Shown here in pieces: positions 50,961 through 64,000 of a stretch of 64,000 nucleotides of DNA (position 1 is the stretch's first letter; the number at the start of each line of letters is the position of its first letter). Below the pieces are notes generated by a model. It was given only the letters and a program-made list of their open reading frames with translations, did not search any database and was not told the DNA's origin. A program made the position numbers and the translations under genes. This DNA is from Callorhinchus milii (lineage: Eukaryota): contig NW_024704743.1 of assembly GCF_018977255.1 (NCBI RefSeq), positions 101,992,001 through 102,056,000 of the forward strand, given 5' to 3'.

Positions 50961-53504
50961 TGATTATTGAAATCTGAACTCATTTAACTCGACAATATAG
51001 CCCAGCATCCTGTTTATCTTATTTATTGCTGCTTCACATTGTTTTGACAAGGTGAATGATAAGTCAACTGGCAGCCTTAGATCGGAGGTTCCCCCTTAAG
51101 GGACGCATTGTGAAACGTAGCCAATATCTTCCTGGTAGATTTGTCACCACAGTTGGGACCCACAACTGTCATGCAGAATTGTCCTCTGCAGAGATGTGCT
51201 TGCACTTGCTGTCAACAAGGCAGATTTTTGATTTTAACAAAAGGAGTTATTTATTAATTTTCTTGATTCGTGGCAGCAAAATGTTCCAACTTAGGCCTCC
51301 ATGTGGAGTTATAGAGAAGGAATTTTCTTGAATCGTGCCATAGCTCTAAGATGCTAGGGTGGGGCAAGATGGGAAAATGGGGAGGGAAGGAATTTGATCA
51401 CAATTACAAAGAGCAAGTTATAAAATGACATACATTTCATACTATAGGCTTGAAACATTCCCTAGTAATAATACATTATTGAAGTTTACTACATTTGTTT
51501 TGGTCAGCCAGTTATCTGATACACATGAAAACCAATCTTGATGCTTACGAGTATTTAAACCAAACTGATGGTTTCTACATATGTATGCTATGTACACATG
51601 GAAATTTTCTTGTGACTAGAATGGAATACAGACTCTCTCCCTGGAGGGACACATTAAATTCCTAAATTACCTAAATTACCTAAATTCGGAGTGTATTAGG
51701 CACAGGATGGCAAGCACCAAAGCTTGGAAACTCCAGAGTGAGCATTGCGATCCTTGTGGATGACTATGAATGACATAGAAATTATTTCTTGTTTACAAAA
51801 TCGACAATTTTCTAGGAATTTAGGATTTAAATACACTCAACAATGCCCGCAGGACATGAAGTGGGAAATTCACACCTGACTGCAGTTTAGTTATTTTCAC
51901 TGCAGTTAACCATTACACCCGAAAGTATAATTCTCACTCACAGTCGTAGAATGGAGTGGGGAGGGGAAGGAATGTTTGTGATAGTATTCTGTAGGAAGAT
52001 GAGTCTGGACTCAGGAGGCAGCTTTTCTGCCAGTCTTTAGCACTTGTCACTTTCAATATAAATGCTATTGACAAGAAAAATATTGTAGTCATAGAGAACT
52101 TAAATGTCAAAAGTGGCAAAAACTTTTAAGTGTTGTTTGTTGGTTGAAAAGATGTTTTTGACAATAAGTATAACCAGACTTTCTTTTTGTTTCAAGGACA
52201 AAATTGGTTTAATTAATAATGTTATGTTGCTTGTAATAATAAAAAAAAACTCCTTTGATATCCATGATCAAAGGGACAAGAATTATTTCAGACCTTTGTC
52301 AGTGCAGGTATACTCCTTTTGCATTTGTTACATTGAAATTTAATGAACAACATATTTGTTCCTCGGAACATGGTGTGATTAAAACAGCAAGGCTTCTGAA
52401 TGGGGTCTCCAGGGCAGCAGGAACAGATGAATAAAATAGGCTCTGGCACCAAATGGAGGCAAATTCCAAATACGTTGGGAAGGACTGTGAGGAATACATC
52501 TTGTAAACAAAATCAATTCAATAACACAGGGATCATTTACGGCCAAGTTGCTTAGCATATGTGTTCAGAGCCACTTTCAGGGTCATTGGATATATGTATG
52601 GAATTGCATAAACTTACACAGAATGATACGGTACTGAAATAGGCCATTCAATCCAACTGGTCAATGCCACTGCTTACTCCAAATGAGTCCCACCCCTCCT
52701 ATTCCCCTCTTCTATACCCCACTTATCCCTTGTCTTGTGAGGTTTGGATGACATAACTGAGCTAAACATTGCCACCTCCAATGCCTCCAGTAACCCTGTG
52801 GGAGAAATTAGTGAACTTGGCACTGTGCTTCCCACAACCCCCAGCAGCAGTTAAAAGACTGCAGAATAATACAAAATGATTAAACAGTTGTTATTGGTTG
52901 TTGGTATTTATCACTGGAGAGCTTTGTTTATCAATTTGTCAGAATGTATTAGTTTCTGTCCAGCAAGTTTCCATTGATCACGTAAAGGGAAGCCAGTCAA
53001 TCTACTACTCCCTGTTTGATGCGTGGGTCAATTTGTTCAAACAAATAACTTTAATGTGTTCTGACTGCATTGATATTTTTAAAAACTTCCAATCCACATG
53101 CCACATTTTAAGCTATATCAATAATAAAAACATTGCATTATTATTTCCTTGGTGTAGGAATATTGAAAAGAAACTGTTGTGGGTACAATACAATACAAAA
53201 TTACATTTGTATAGCACCTTTCACATTGGGAGGACGTCCCAAGGCGCTGCACCTTCAGGGATTTGGACCTGAGCTGGGGATGCTCAATGCAATGGAAATA
53301 TTTCTTACAAAAGATATCTAGTGACCTATATGAGTACTTCTGATGCATGGGCATTATATGATTATGATCTCTATATTACCATCAAAGGACAAAATAGCGG
53401 ACCTGAGTTTTTGGAGTGTTTAATTTGTGCAAATTGCAGTTGAAAGAAATTGTGAACTTCTGATCAGTTTTCCTGCTATCATTGGGGTGTACAATGGGAT
53501 ATTT

Positions 53505-53671
53505 ACAGTCATGGATTGAAATGACCAATTTATTATTATTTTTTTCTTGAGGGATTAATATCAGGCGTGTGGAGTAAGGAAACTTGCCCAAGGTTTCACC
53601 CTGCTGGGAATTGAAACCAGATCTCTAGCTTGCAAAGCGAGTGCTCTAACCACTGAGCTACAGGACTCCAC
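53505..53671 (-). mobile_element. Young Deu-SINE 5' half
   Basis: tRNA-like head to CAATCCATGACTG. Confidence 0.85.
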
Positions 53672-53714
53672 TAATCTACATATGTTAACATTATTGAACC
53701 ATTTTCTGATTTTA

Positions 53715-55225
53715 AACACTTCTATTTGGTTCCCTCTTAAGCATCTCTTCTCTATCTAAAAAATACCCAACATATCCAGGATATCCTGATAGCAGAAACG
53801 TGTCAGCCCTGGTATATTCGTAAATCTATGTTCTACTCTTTCCATTGCTCTTATATCCTTCTTATAGTGTGGAGTCCAGAATTGGGTACAATACTTCAAA
53901 AGTGGTCTAACCAAGGTTTTGAATAAATTCAATATAATTTCCTCACTTTTATGCTTTATTCCATCTGGATATAAAGCCGAAGTCCCCATTGGCTGTTTTT
54001 ATAGTCTTATCTACCTGTGTAGCTACTTTTAGAGATTTGTGAATCTGAATCCACAGATTTCTGTCCCTCTACTCCTCTTAGGTTCGTTACCATACCAAAT
54101 TGTGAAGCAATTCACTTCAGCAGGAAAAAAATAAAGAAGCCATAGACTATAGATGGATATTTATTTTTCCTGTCAAAATGAATTACTTTGTAATTTCCTA
54201 CATTAAACTTTGTTTGCCATCTATCTGCCCATTCTGCTAGACGTTTGATGTTTTCCTGCATTCTTCTGCAATCCCCTTCACTGTTTACAATGCCCCCCAG
54301 TTTGGTGTTATCCTCAAATGTTAACACCATATCTCCTATACATGAATCCAAATCACTTATGTATATGGTAAACAGTAGTGGTCCTAACATGGATCCCTGC
54401 GCAACATCACTTCTAAGCTTAACAACCACATTTTACTTTTGGTTTCCTAACCATTCGTTAATCCATTCTGCTACCTCTCTCACAATTCCTGTTAGGAATG
54501 TTTAGTCAATAGCCACTCATGTAGCACTCAAAGGCCTTCTGGAAATCCAGATACACTACATCCACTGCATTTCCTTTGTCTACTTTATCAGTTACATTTT
54601 CAAAGAATTTGATAAGGTTGGCGAAGTATGACCTTCATTTTGTTAATCCATGCTGTCTACTCTTAATTATATTCTCCTTCGCCAGATGACGTTACATCAT
54701 CTTTTATTTTAGATTCTAATACCTTGTCCACAACTGTCGTTAAGATGCCTAGCCTGTAGTTTCCTGGATTAGCTGTATCATCCTTTTTAAAAATGGGAAT
54801 TACATTGGTCATTCTCCAGTCCTCTGCACAATTCCTTTCTCTACAGAATTCTTAAAAGTATATCCTAGAGTATGCCGAGTATCGGCTATCTCCTCCCTAG
54901 TTTCTCTAAGGATTCTTGGGTGCAGTTCCATCTGGGCCAGGTGCCTTGTCACTTTAAGCTTATGTAGGTTAGTTAATAACCACCTTCTCCTTATTTTAAC
55001 TGCTATGATTTTACACCCTGTCCCTTCTGTCCTTATCAAATTTTCGTTGTCAGTTTCCTTTGTGAAAACAGAGGCAACATATTTATTTAGTATTTCTGGC
55101 CTTATTATCTGCTGTGAGCTTGTTCTCTGCTCCCCTTAAAGGTCCTATCCCATTCCTTTATTTTATTGCTAACGTATATATAGAACACCTGGCTGTTTCT
55201 TTTCATATTTTCCTCTGTTATCCTC
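53715..55225 (-). mobile_element. CR1 LINE fragment (RT)
   Basis: SDVAQGSMLGPLLFTIYISDLD, FEDNTKLGG, WADRWQTKFN, LFKTLVRPLLKYC, HPRILRE. Confidence 0.9.
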
Positions 55226-55512
55226 ATTGAAATGTTAACATAGAGTCTGACTCAGAGGTGAGAGTGCTACCAACTGAGTCATGCTGACACCTATAGTTCT
55301 ATAATCTTAACCATTGATCTGTTAAAACCAACTCTGTATAAGAGACCTCCATATGCTGTTGTCGTTGTATAAGGTGGTCTCAAGAGCTGGGCTTTGACAC
55401 AAATTACATCTGACAACATGATTAGATTTCCACAGCAAATTGTCTGAATTCTCCAGTAAAGAACAGCATAAACTGAGCATAACTGAATGACTGAAATTCA
55501 AATGGAACATTT

Positions 55513-55820
55513 AACAATAATAATCCTTGCATTTAATATAGCGCTTTTCACGTCGGGAGAACGTCCCAAAGCTCTTCACAGAACACACTGTAAAGTGAAT
55601 TGACTGTATATTTGTGGGCGAACGCGGCAGCCAATTGCGCACAGCAATGTCCCACAAACAGTCGTAGATTGAAAATGACCAATTTTTATTGTTTTGTTTT
55701 TTTGGAGGGATTATTATTAGGCGTGTGGAGTAAGGAAACTTGCCCAAGGTTTCGCTCTGCCTGGAATTGAACTCAGGTCTCTCACTTGCAAAGCGAGTGC
55801 TCTAACCACTGAGCTACAGG
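55513..55820 (-). mobile_element. Young Deu-SINE, near full length
   Basis: High identity to the 29911 and 59989 copies. Confidence 0.92.
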
Positions 55821-56334
55821 TCCTTTGTGTTTGTGTTTGTGTTGTGTTTGTTGATTGTATCACCACAAGCAATAGAGAGGGAGGGGAAATAATCCACATA
55901 AAGAAACCTAGATTTTATGAAAGGAATTCATAGAAAAGTTGACATGGCAATGTAATTGAAAGCTCTGGATCTACGTCACCCCAAGGGAAGTTATTAAGGA
56001 GACACCAAGAGGAAATTGATAGCAAAGTGTGAAGAGCAATAAAATGAGCTGGTGAAGAAACATTTTAATGCAATTAAAATAAAGATCATCTCCATTTCAT
56101 TCACACAAGCAAAAAGAATACAAGAGAGCAATAACTATATAGGACTGGTGAGAATATAGAGACCTGGAAAGTTCAAAACTACTTCTACATTTCTTACTTT
56201 GTTAAAAAATACGCCTATTTTCATTGTAAATGATACATGTTGCACTAATGACTATGCTTATGGCAGCAATGAGTAATAATAACGTTTTGTACGTTTTAAG
56301 CACAGTGTCAGAATGAAACAACCTGAGATCAAAT

Positions 56335-56960
56335 GAGGCATAAAACATTGATGGGAAACAGCCATTTGGCCCATCAGACCTGTTCTCACTATACACCATG
56401 CTTATTAGCCATCCAATCTATCTCATAGATGTCAGTTCTGCTTAGATATTCCCTGAATGTCAAACAAAATCTTGTGGAATATATGAAACATTAATTTCCC
56501 TCTAGATCTTGAATATTCAAGCCTGCTGGCACCGTTCCCTCCACAGATATCACTGGTCTCCAATCCCCCAGCGCACAAACCATTGTATTTTGCGGAAATA
56601 TGTATTCATCCCTGTCTGCTCTTGCACCTTTATTCTCCAATACTATTATCAAGCTAATACTTATCCAATGTTTTATTTGTCTGTTTTGCATATCCATTAC
56701 TCTATAAGAAAGAAAAGTGTAAACTAATTCTGCTCAAAGCCTTTATATTTTTAAATTAAACCCTTTAGACCTACACTTGGAAAACCCAATCAATAACCAG
56801 AGTACAACTGCCTCATCTGTGCCTCTCATTTCTTTAAAGACTGGAATCATGCTCCTTTTCTAATGGGAATATGTTCGGCTCTGTGAGCCTTTCCTCAGTA
56901 TAGAGCTCTAAAACCAGAGATCGTCCTTCTTGCTCTTCTCTGAGTATTCTTTAAGTGTCC
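56335..56960 (-). mobile_element. CR1 3' fragment, highly degraded
   Basis: CAGCCATTTGGCCCATC 3' UTR complement; weak ORF2 remnants. Confidence 0.45.
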
Positions 56961-57711
56961 TTTTGAAAAAAATTGCTATACAGCATGGAGCGAAGCCAAA
57001 TTGCTCCCAATTGCATTATAATGTGGAGCGAGAAACTAAATTACACCGATTCATAACGGAAGTCATTAGTAATGACTGAGCCCCAAATAGCATGATTTTT
57101 CCCCTGTAACTATATCAAGGTGACAGACAGGAGCTTCCCCCCACACCTACATGATCTACTCCAATGTCCTACTGAAAGTACAATGTCTAAATCTGTTATG
57201 AGAAACGGAGAAGGAATACGATTTGTGATATATGATAATTCACGTGGCCAATTATGACATGAACCAAAATGATGGTTAAAATATGACCTCAAAACATATA
57301 CCTAATGAGGAGTTGGGGTTAAGTCCCCTCCATCATGCATGACTATGAGAGAATGTTTTAATGTGACCTGCTATATATTCAGTAGCCATCATTATTGCTG
57401 GTCACAGACATGATGTTTCAGGCATACAGTCACTACCCTGTACAGCAAAATCACAGGCAGGACTTTGAGATGTACTCCCAAAATGAAATGCTATTTAAAA
57501 TGTAAGGATTATTATTCTGTTATTTATGTGAATATCTAGATTCTGAGTCCTCTTTTCAATCCTCATACTAGCAATAAAGAATTTTTTTATTGTACCTGAT
57601 TCTTTGAAAACAGATTACATCAGATGAATGTATGAAAGTAATGCAGTATCGATGTATCCTGAGGGATGCTGCTCTTTCCACTGTGCATGGCTGTATTTAA
57701 TATATAAATTA

Positions 57712-57830
57712 CTCCCCTCACCCTGACTATTTCCCCTCTGCTCGGGTCCTGACCCAACTGTACAGCGCCTTGGGACGTCCTCCCGACGTGAAAGGCGCTC
57801 TATAAATGGAATCTTGTTGTTGTAGTTGTA
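57712..57830 (+). mobile_element. Short L2 3' end
   Basis: Near-identical to the 31260-31367 tail. Confidence 0.8.
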
Positions 57831-58431
57831 ATACAATTGTGTGAACTCCACCGGTTCTCAGATGGCATTATGCAATCAGCAAATCAACTCAAAAATGGTA
57901 ATCAAGTAGCTTCTGAAGCATCTCCCCACGTAAGAAAATCTAAAGAAAACTGTTTTTCAAACAGAGAAGAATAACAGACAAATGCAGACAAAATGCAATA
58001 GCAGGCAAGATGTCCAGCCTACTGTGTGAATGTAGAAAGCTAATACACTTCAACAAAATGTATTTTCCCACAATTTGTCAAAATGCATTGCAGAATTATC
58101 ATGCGTCGGGTTGATCCGCTGAGAGTTGCAAATTAGTCTGATGTGCTGACATCACTTTTTGATTGTAAATTGAGCTTTCACTGCTTCTCATGGACTGGAT
58201 TTTCTGAATTGTTGGTTAACATTTTTCAGATTGTCATGATTTGTCATAAATCTTTTGACGGGAGCAGACTAAAAGATTTGAAAAAAAAGTGCAACTTTGT
58301 GGTAAAGCAAGACACACAGAACAAAGACATGACTACTTCAATATATTCTCTCCAACTGTATGTGATGACTTAAGCAAATCTCACAGTAATGTACTTTCAG
58401 GCCATGCAAAGGCTGTATACAGTAAAAATAA

Positions 58432-58642
58432 AAAATCCTATGGCACTATTCGAAAAGGGAAGGGAGTTTCTCTTGTGTCCTGGACAACAATCCCCCAAAT
58501 AAAATGGGACATTGATGTGCACAAATTAGCTGCTGTATTTGACTTCCAAAATATATGGTCATGATACTTTATAGTCAATCCTGTAAAGCGGTTTGAGACA
58601 TCCTCTCAATGTGAAAGACTTTATATCAAATGCAAGAAATAT
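58432..58642 (+). mobile_element. Older Deu-SINE 3' part
   Basis: ATGGCACTATTCGAA..GTGCACAAATTAGCTGC..TCAAATGCAAG. Confidence 0.7.
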
Positions 58643-59777
58643 TATTTTATATTTTATAATAAAATTAAATTGGTGGCTAAGGAACAGTGGATATGTTTTT
58701 ACTGTAGATAAAGGAACAATGACACATATTGCAGCAGGAGACATGAATCATGTGCATAATGAATGAACATTCATTAAAGGACACAAAGGAAAAGAATTTT
58801 GACTGATTATTGATCATTAATTTATAATATTTAAAAAATATATATTTTTGATACAAAAATTGCAGAGAATAAAATAGCCAGGATTATCATAATTGAATTC
58901 TACAGATGATGCTGAGCTCATGAAATATTGATGGGCTGGCAAACACTATGTGCTTTGTAGATTAATGCTGAAAATAAAACCACAATATTGATTCCCTGTT
59001 ATGCAATGGGACTTGAGCACACAGTTGCATATCCTTACTATTTTGCTATTGACAACAGATTGAGGGCTTGACAAATTGAAACAATTACCTGTGGAATAAT
59101 TTCAGTGTATTTAATAAGACATTGTTGCATTGACCTTGATAAGACACTGTTGTCTGTACTGGGCCATTAATATTTTAGAACTTGGATGTTATACTATAGG
59201 AACACTATTTGAGGTATATTTTAGAACAGCTACTCATTATACGCTAGACTGAATGTGTGTCAGCAGAATGGTAGACATGTATTTAAAAAGAATAACATTT
59301 TAGTATAATATATCTATATAAACAAATGACATTACAATCGGCTACAAAATATGGTCACTCTACTTTATAGCATATCATGTTAAGTCCTTTGAGAGATGAA
59401 AGGTGCTATATTAAATTTAAGGATTATTATTAATAAATCTTCTTTGTTTATGCTTCCTCATGCTGGCAAAATCAATAATCTTTGCACTTGATATAGGAAG
59501 GATTATCGATTTGATACAGAACGTTTCACGTCGAGAGGACGAATCAAAGCATTTTATAGGATATATTACAGTGTGTAGCGACTGTCTTGCATTGTTCCAT
59601 TTCATACTCCAAAATATCTTTCCCAAGACTGCAAACCAAGTGATTTTTTTACCACCATCAGGCTCTTCCTCTTATTGTTCCAAATTTAGCATCTTCAAAA
59701 CACAATTTATCTGGATTTATCTTTTCACCACTTTAAAGACTGGTGGTGCCTGCACTAAAGGACTTCACTCTTCTTAC

Positions 59778-59853
59778 CTTTGTCAATTTTAAAAATGAAA
59801 CTGCTAGGACTAGCTTCCCTCTGAAACATTACTGCCATCCATGCATCTCCAAT
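59778..59853 (-). other. Candidate 76-nt exon
   Basis: ccttcttcctctgcag|ATTGG...CAAAG|gtaaga, consensus sites at both ends. Confidence 0.4.
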
Positions 59854-59988
59854 CTGCAGAGGAAGAAGGTGGATACAGATTTATTTTCATAACTTGATGC
59901 ATTTTAGTAATCCTTAACTTTAATAATTTCAATATTTGCCATCAATTTTTATTCTAATAATATCAATCGAAACCTCCAAGTGCTAAAG

Positions 59989-60312
59989 TGTGGAGTCCTG
60001 TAGCTCAGTGGTTAGAGCACTCGCTTTACAAGTGAGAGACCTGAGTTCAATTCCAGGCAGGGCGAAACCTTGGGCAAGTTTCCTTATTCCACACGCCTAA
60101 TAATAATCCCTCCAAAAAACAAAAACAATAATAAATTGGTCATTTTCAATCTACGACTGTTTGTGGGACATTGCTGCGCGCAATTGGCTGCTGCGTTCGC
60201 CCACAAATATTCAGTCAATTCACTTTACAGTATATTCTGTGAAGCGTTTTTGGGACGTCTAGAAGACGTAAAAGCGCTATATCAAATGCAAGGATTAGCA
60301 TTATTATATTAT
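59989..60312 (+). mobile_element. Young Deu-SINE, full length
   Basis: Head, Deu core and tail. Confidence 0.92.
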
Positions 60313-60926
60313 ATGTTTAGACTCATATATTAACTCATAGATATATTCATAATCTGAAGAAGATGTATAGCAGTGAATATGTTTTTGGTTACATCATAAA
60401 AGATTTTACTGGACCGATAAGAATCCTTCACACCACATTGGGAGGTTGTAATGCTTGCTGCTTGCTTCTGTTGAATAAAACACCCAAGGAAAATATTAAC
60501 GTCAGAAATTAGATTTTCTATAGAAAGTTTGATTCTGCGTATTACAACAACAACCTGCATTTCTAAAGCGCAGGCTTCATGCATGATAGCATCTTGAAGC
60601 ATTCTGTGATTTCATTAATAATTGGATCTAAAATATATTCATAACAGGAATTTCAAATAGCAAAACTGAATGGGAAGAATGGTACTCCAAAACAAAGTAC
60701 TCTGATTTAACGTGATCCACTAACAGAGCACGTCTTATGCATTTTCATAACTTTGACACTCCTGTTATGAACATCACACTTAAGACCTTACTGTCTTGCA
60801 TTCTGCAGTAAAAAAAGTATGATTACTGTTGAGTGGCATTTATTTTGGCAGAATAACCGGAAGCTGGGGAAGGTAGTACTCCTCCTTCTGAAGAATGGAG
60901 TAGCACCTCCAGAGATGGTTTCTGTA

Positions 60927-60944
60927 CACCTCCAGGGGGCAGTA
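60927..60944 (+). promoter_or_regulatory. Putative CTCF-binding motif
   Basis: CACCTCCAGGGGGCAGTA resembles the CTCF core CCNCNAGRKGGCRS, in non-repetitive sequence. Confidence 0.4.
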
Positions 60945-61659
60945 AGGTGAAGAGTATGTCCTACTGTCTCCATCCTACATTTTTGCTGCCAGTGGGCTAA
61001 GCGCTCAGCCAAGTAAGCAATACCAGGAATGTGAATAATTTATGCTTTAACTTTTCCCCAGAGATTGGGCAACATCAGCTGCCAATAAACAAACTCTTCA
61101 ATGCATACATAGAATAGTAATTCATAGAATTATACTGAATGATTCAACATGGAAACTCTCCATTAGACTAGGCTGGTGTTTATACTCCCCATGAACCTGG
61201 AGTTTTGGAAGACTTGAGCTTATATTTGTAAGCCTGCTTTTATTGCCAGCCTCATGACTGGTGAACTTTGCCCATCCAAGTCAGGTTCCCTGTGGGAAAG
61301 AGAGAAAACGTGTTTTCTTTATATGTGGTGAGTGCTTACCATATATAAATATATATATATATATACAACTCAAATGTGTTGTACGTAGATGGTAGATGGT
61401 AATCCCTGGCAGATTCACTGAGATGTTCTCAATCTAGCTTACTACTAAAGCTTACTCTGCATATGGGGTGTAAGGGTTAGGCGTAAAATTCATTTGTCAG
61501 CCTCAACCCAGTAACTAATGTGTAATGGAATCATAAAAAGTTACAGCGCAGAAGGAAGTCATTCAGCCCAACAAGTCTGTATCAACTATATCAAATGCAA
61601 GGATTGTTATTATTATCCCATATACCTTCAACTGCTAACTTTCATACACTCCTCTCACC

Positions 61660-62150
61660 CGTTCTGCCTTCCTCCACCTTCGCAGCATCGCTTGGCTCCG
61701 TCACTGCCTCTCCCCTCAGGCCACTGAGACCCTCATTCACGCATTCATTACACCTAGACTCAACTATGTTAACTCCTTGCGTGTCGGCCTTCCCAACTCT
61801 TCCCTCCACAAGCTGCAGATCATTCAGAACTCTGCAGCTTGTGTCCTGGCCCGCACCAGGCTCTGTGACCCTATTATGCTCATCCTCGCCTGACTCCACT
61901 GGCTCCCTATTTCCCCAGAGGATTGAATGCAAAATCCTTGTCCTCGCCTTGAAAGCCCTCCACAGCCTTGCTTCTTCCTATCTCTGTGATCTGCTAACAA
62001 CATATCCGCTCTGCTCCATGTCCCCCGCCTGGTCCGCTCCACAATCGGCGGTCATGTCTTCAGCCTCTTTGCCACCACCTATTGGAACTCCACCATCGGC
62101 CTCCTTTGCTTGGGTTGTCTAGATTGTCCAGTGCCTTGGGATGTCCTCCA
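61660..62150 (+). mobile_element. L2 3' fragment, degraded
   Basis: QRIECKILVLALKALHSLASSYLCDLL. Confidence 0.85.
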
Positions 62151-62357
62151 TCTGTTTTGGGATGCCATACCAGAGGCAGGATTATTTCCAAACATTCATC
62201 ACAATGAGAAATTGGAATCCTTGCTTTCAAGTTACATCTCAAACCATGCTGCATATAAAGGGTAATTCAATTACATAATCATTTAAATGAGTAACTGGAA
62301 GGTAACAATTTTTTGCGGGTTCAATTCTTTATAAAGACACAATTTCTGATCACGCAC

Positions 62358-62431
62358 CTGGAAAGGGTTCTTATATGGTGGATTCCTATAAGGCATAGCT
62401 CAGAAAATTGTAGCAGGTTACAAGATCTGTC
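62358..62431 (-). other. Candidate 74-nt exon
   Basis: tttttatttcttcatgcag|GACAG...TCCAG|gtgcgt; contains ATG at 62396 (MPYRNPPYKNPFQ). Confidence 0.4.
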
Positions 62432-63383
62432 CTGCATGAAGAAATAAAAAGTACAATAAGGAGGATTCAGAGAAGGAAATATCTGTGGCATCAAAATGTG
62501 TAGAGGTGACTCTTCCAGGAGTAGCTGTGGGCAAGGGGCAATTGAAATATTTTCAAGTGATTGCTTGTAATAGGTGACTGATTGAAAAATAGCACATGGA
62601 GAGGCTTCACAAAGCATGTGAATCTCACTGCCAACAGCACTGGGACTGAGATGAATGTTGCAGTACTGACTGGAGTAACCATATTAATAATACAACACCA
62701 TATAACTACAGCAAACTAGGTGACAATACTGAACCCAGAATTCAGATTGTAATTTGATCTTGCTGTTAAAAGATGTAATAAAGTGTTTTATTCATATTAA
62801 ATCTTATTATTAACATAGCGATGCACCAAAATAGAAGCACTTCAAATTCCGAGATCGTAACCATCACTTTTCATCCCAAGTCCTTTTGCTGTAAACCAGG
62901 ATAGTCCATGAATAGCAGATTCCAGATCTTACAACATTTCCTATTGTACTCTCTTATGGAATAGATTATGCTTTCAAAGGCTGTTATTTCTAAGCCCTGG
63001 CCCTTCATATGAATAAGGAAGGATCTTTGATTTGTAGTTGAATAGCATGTCATGTGGTATGGTTACGATTTTCTTTTTCTCTATGAATATCCAGCAAGTC
63101 TCGTGACCCAACTTATTATGGACCCTGGAGTCAAGCCTCAACAGCTGTTCCAGATGGTTTAATGTGGTCCTAATTGCAGAAATTGGTACACATTAATTTA
63201 CTGTTAATCTGCAAAACTTCTATGTTTCTCCAGCTGCACGCTCAGATATTATAGATACAGAAATGGATCCCAGAGCATTATGACTGCCTGTGGGACCATT
63301 AAATTGCATGCACTCCTTTTAAAAGCCAACCTTATTAGTGTCACTTGATGTTATTCAGTCTTAGAAAGTGATAGGAATTTGCC

Positions 63384-63439
63384 TGGGACGTCCTTCCGAC
63401 GTGAAAGGCGCTTTATAAATGGAATCTTGTTGTTGTTGT
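63384..63439 (+). mobile_element. Minimal L2 3' end insertion
   Basis: TGGGACGTCCTTCCGACGTGAAAGGCGCTTTATAAATGGAATC(TTG)n. Confidence 0.75.
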
Positions 63440-63731
63440 GTATGAGCAAACGGCCAGAGGCAACAATTTAGAGTTTGTGCAGTTTCATGGACACATTAAT
63501 AAACTTTTAAATAAATAATACCTAAGTTATTATTCATAAAGCAAATTATCTGGCACTGGGAGGATCAAACTATCTTGAAACAAATGTGTCAGATGTCAGC
63601 TTGACTCAGTTGGTAGCACACATACAATGTGTTTAGAAATACCACAGTTTTGTCTCAAGATTTATTTTAATCGTCATTGTGCAATACTTAAATTTTATGT
63701 TTGTATCATTCCACTATCCCAGCTTTTAGTT

Positions 63732-63976
63732 ACAAAAACAGAAGTCGCTGGGAACACTCAGCAGGTCAAGCAGCATCTATGGAGAAAGGAAAGTGGATCA
63801 ACGTTTCGGGTCCACGACCCTTCGTTAGAACCTGACTGTTCTGACAAAGGGTCGTGGATCTGAAAGGTTGACTCACTTTCCTTTCTCCATAGATGCTGCC
63901 TGACCCGCTGAGTGTTCCCAGCGACTTCTGTTTTTGTTTCAGATTTCCAGCATCTGCAGGATTTTGTGTTTTGAAG
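63732..63976. mobile_element. Palindromic Penelope-like (pseudo-LTR-derived) element with hammerhead-like motifs
   Basis: Inverted arms 63732-63831 and 63838-63937 with a 6-nt spacer; 13-bp direct repeat GCTTTTAGTTACA at 63722-63734 and 63977-63989. Confidence 0.8.
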
Positions 63977-64000
63977 GCTTTTAGTTACATCATTTGATGG

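Noticed and set aside
1..64000. CRISPR arrays, operons or other prokaryotic systems
   Set aside because: Sequence is vertebrate; no regularly spaced repeat-spacer arrays or dense gene blocks

Overview
Repeat-dense, AT-rich vertebrate genomic DNA. The repeat content (L2 and CR1 LINEs, Deu-domain tRNA-SINEs, a Penelope-type palindrome) suggests a cartilaginous fish; this is an inference. No named host gene could be recognised, and nearly all ORF-track entries are transposon fragments or their antisense shadows. The most unusual structure is a three-level nest at 10.3-18.4 kb. A near full-length L2 is split by a ~4.3 kb pol-less LTR element (minus strand; TGTT...AACA LTR, PPT, degenerate gag with a CCHC knuckle), which itself carries a SINE. 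In place of pol/env the element holds ~1.5 kb of cargo with splice-site-bounded, phase-1 symmetric exons encoding a Ser/Thr-rich peptide. Other highlights: a TSD-flanked 100-bp-arm palindrome with hammerhead-like cores at 63.7-64.0 kb; an R4/Dong-type endonuclease fragment inside a SINE (TAA)n tail; a SINE/L2 pair sharing 3' ends; a hAT MITE; an unclassified old repeat family; and a few candidate exons of unidentified transcripts. Boundaries of degraded repeats are approximate.
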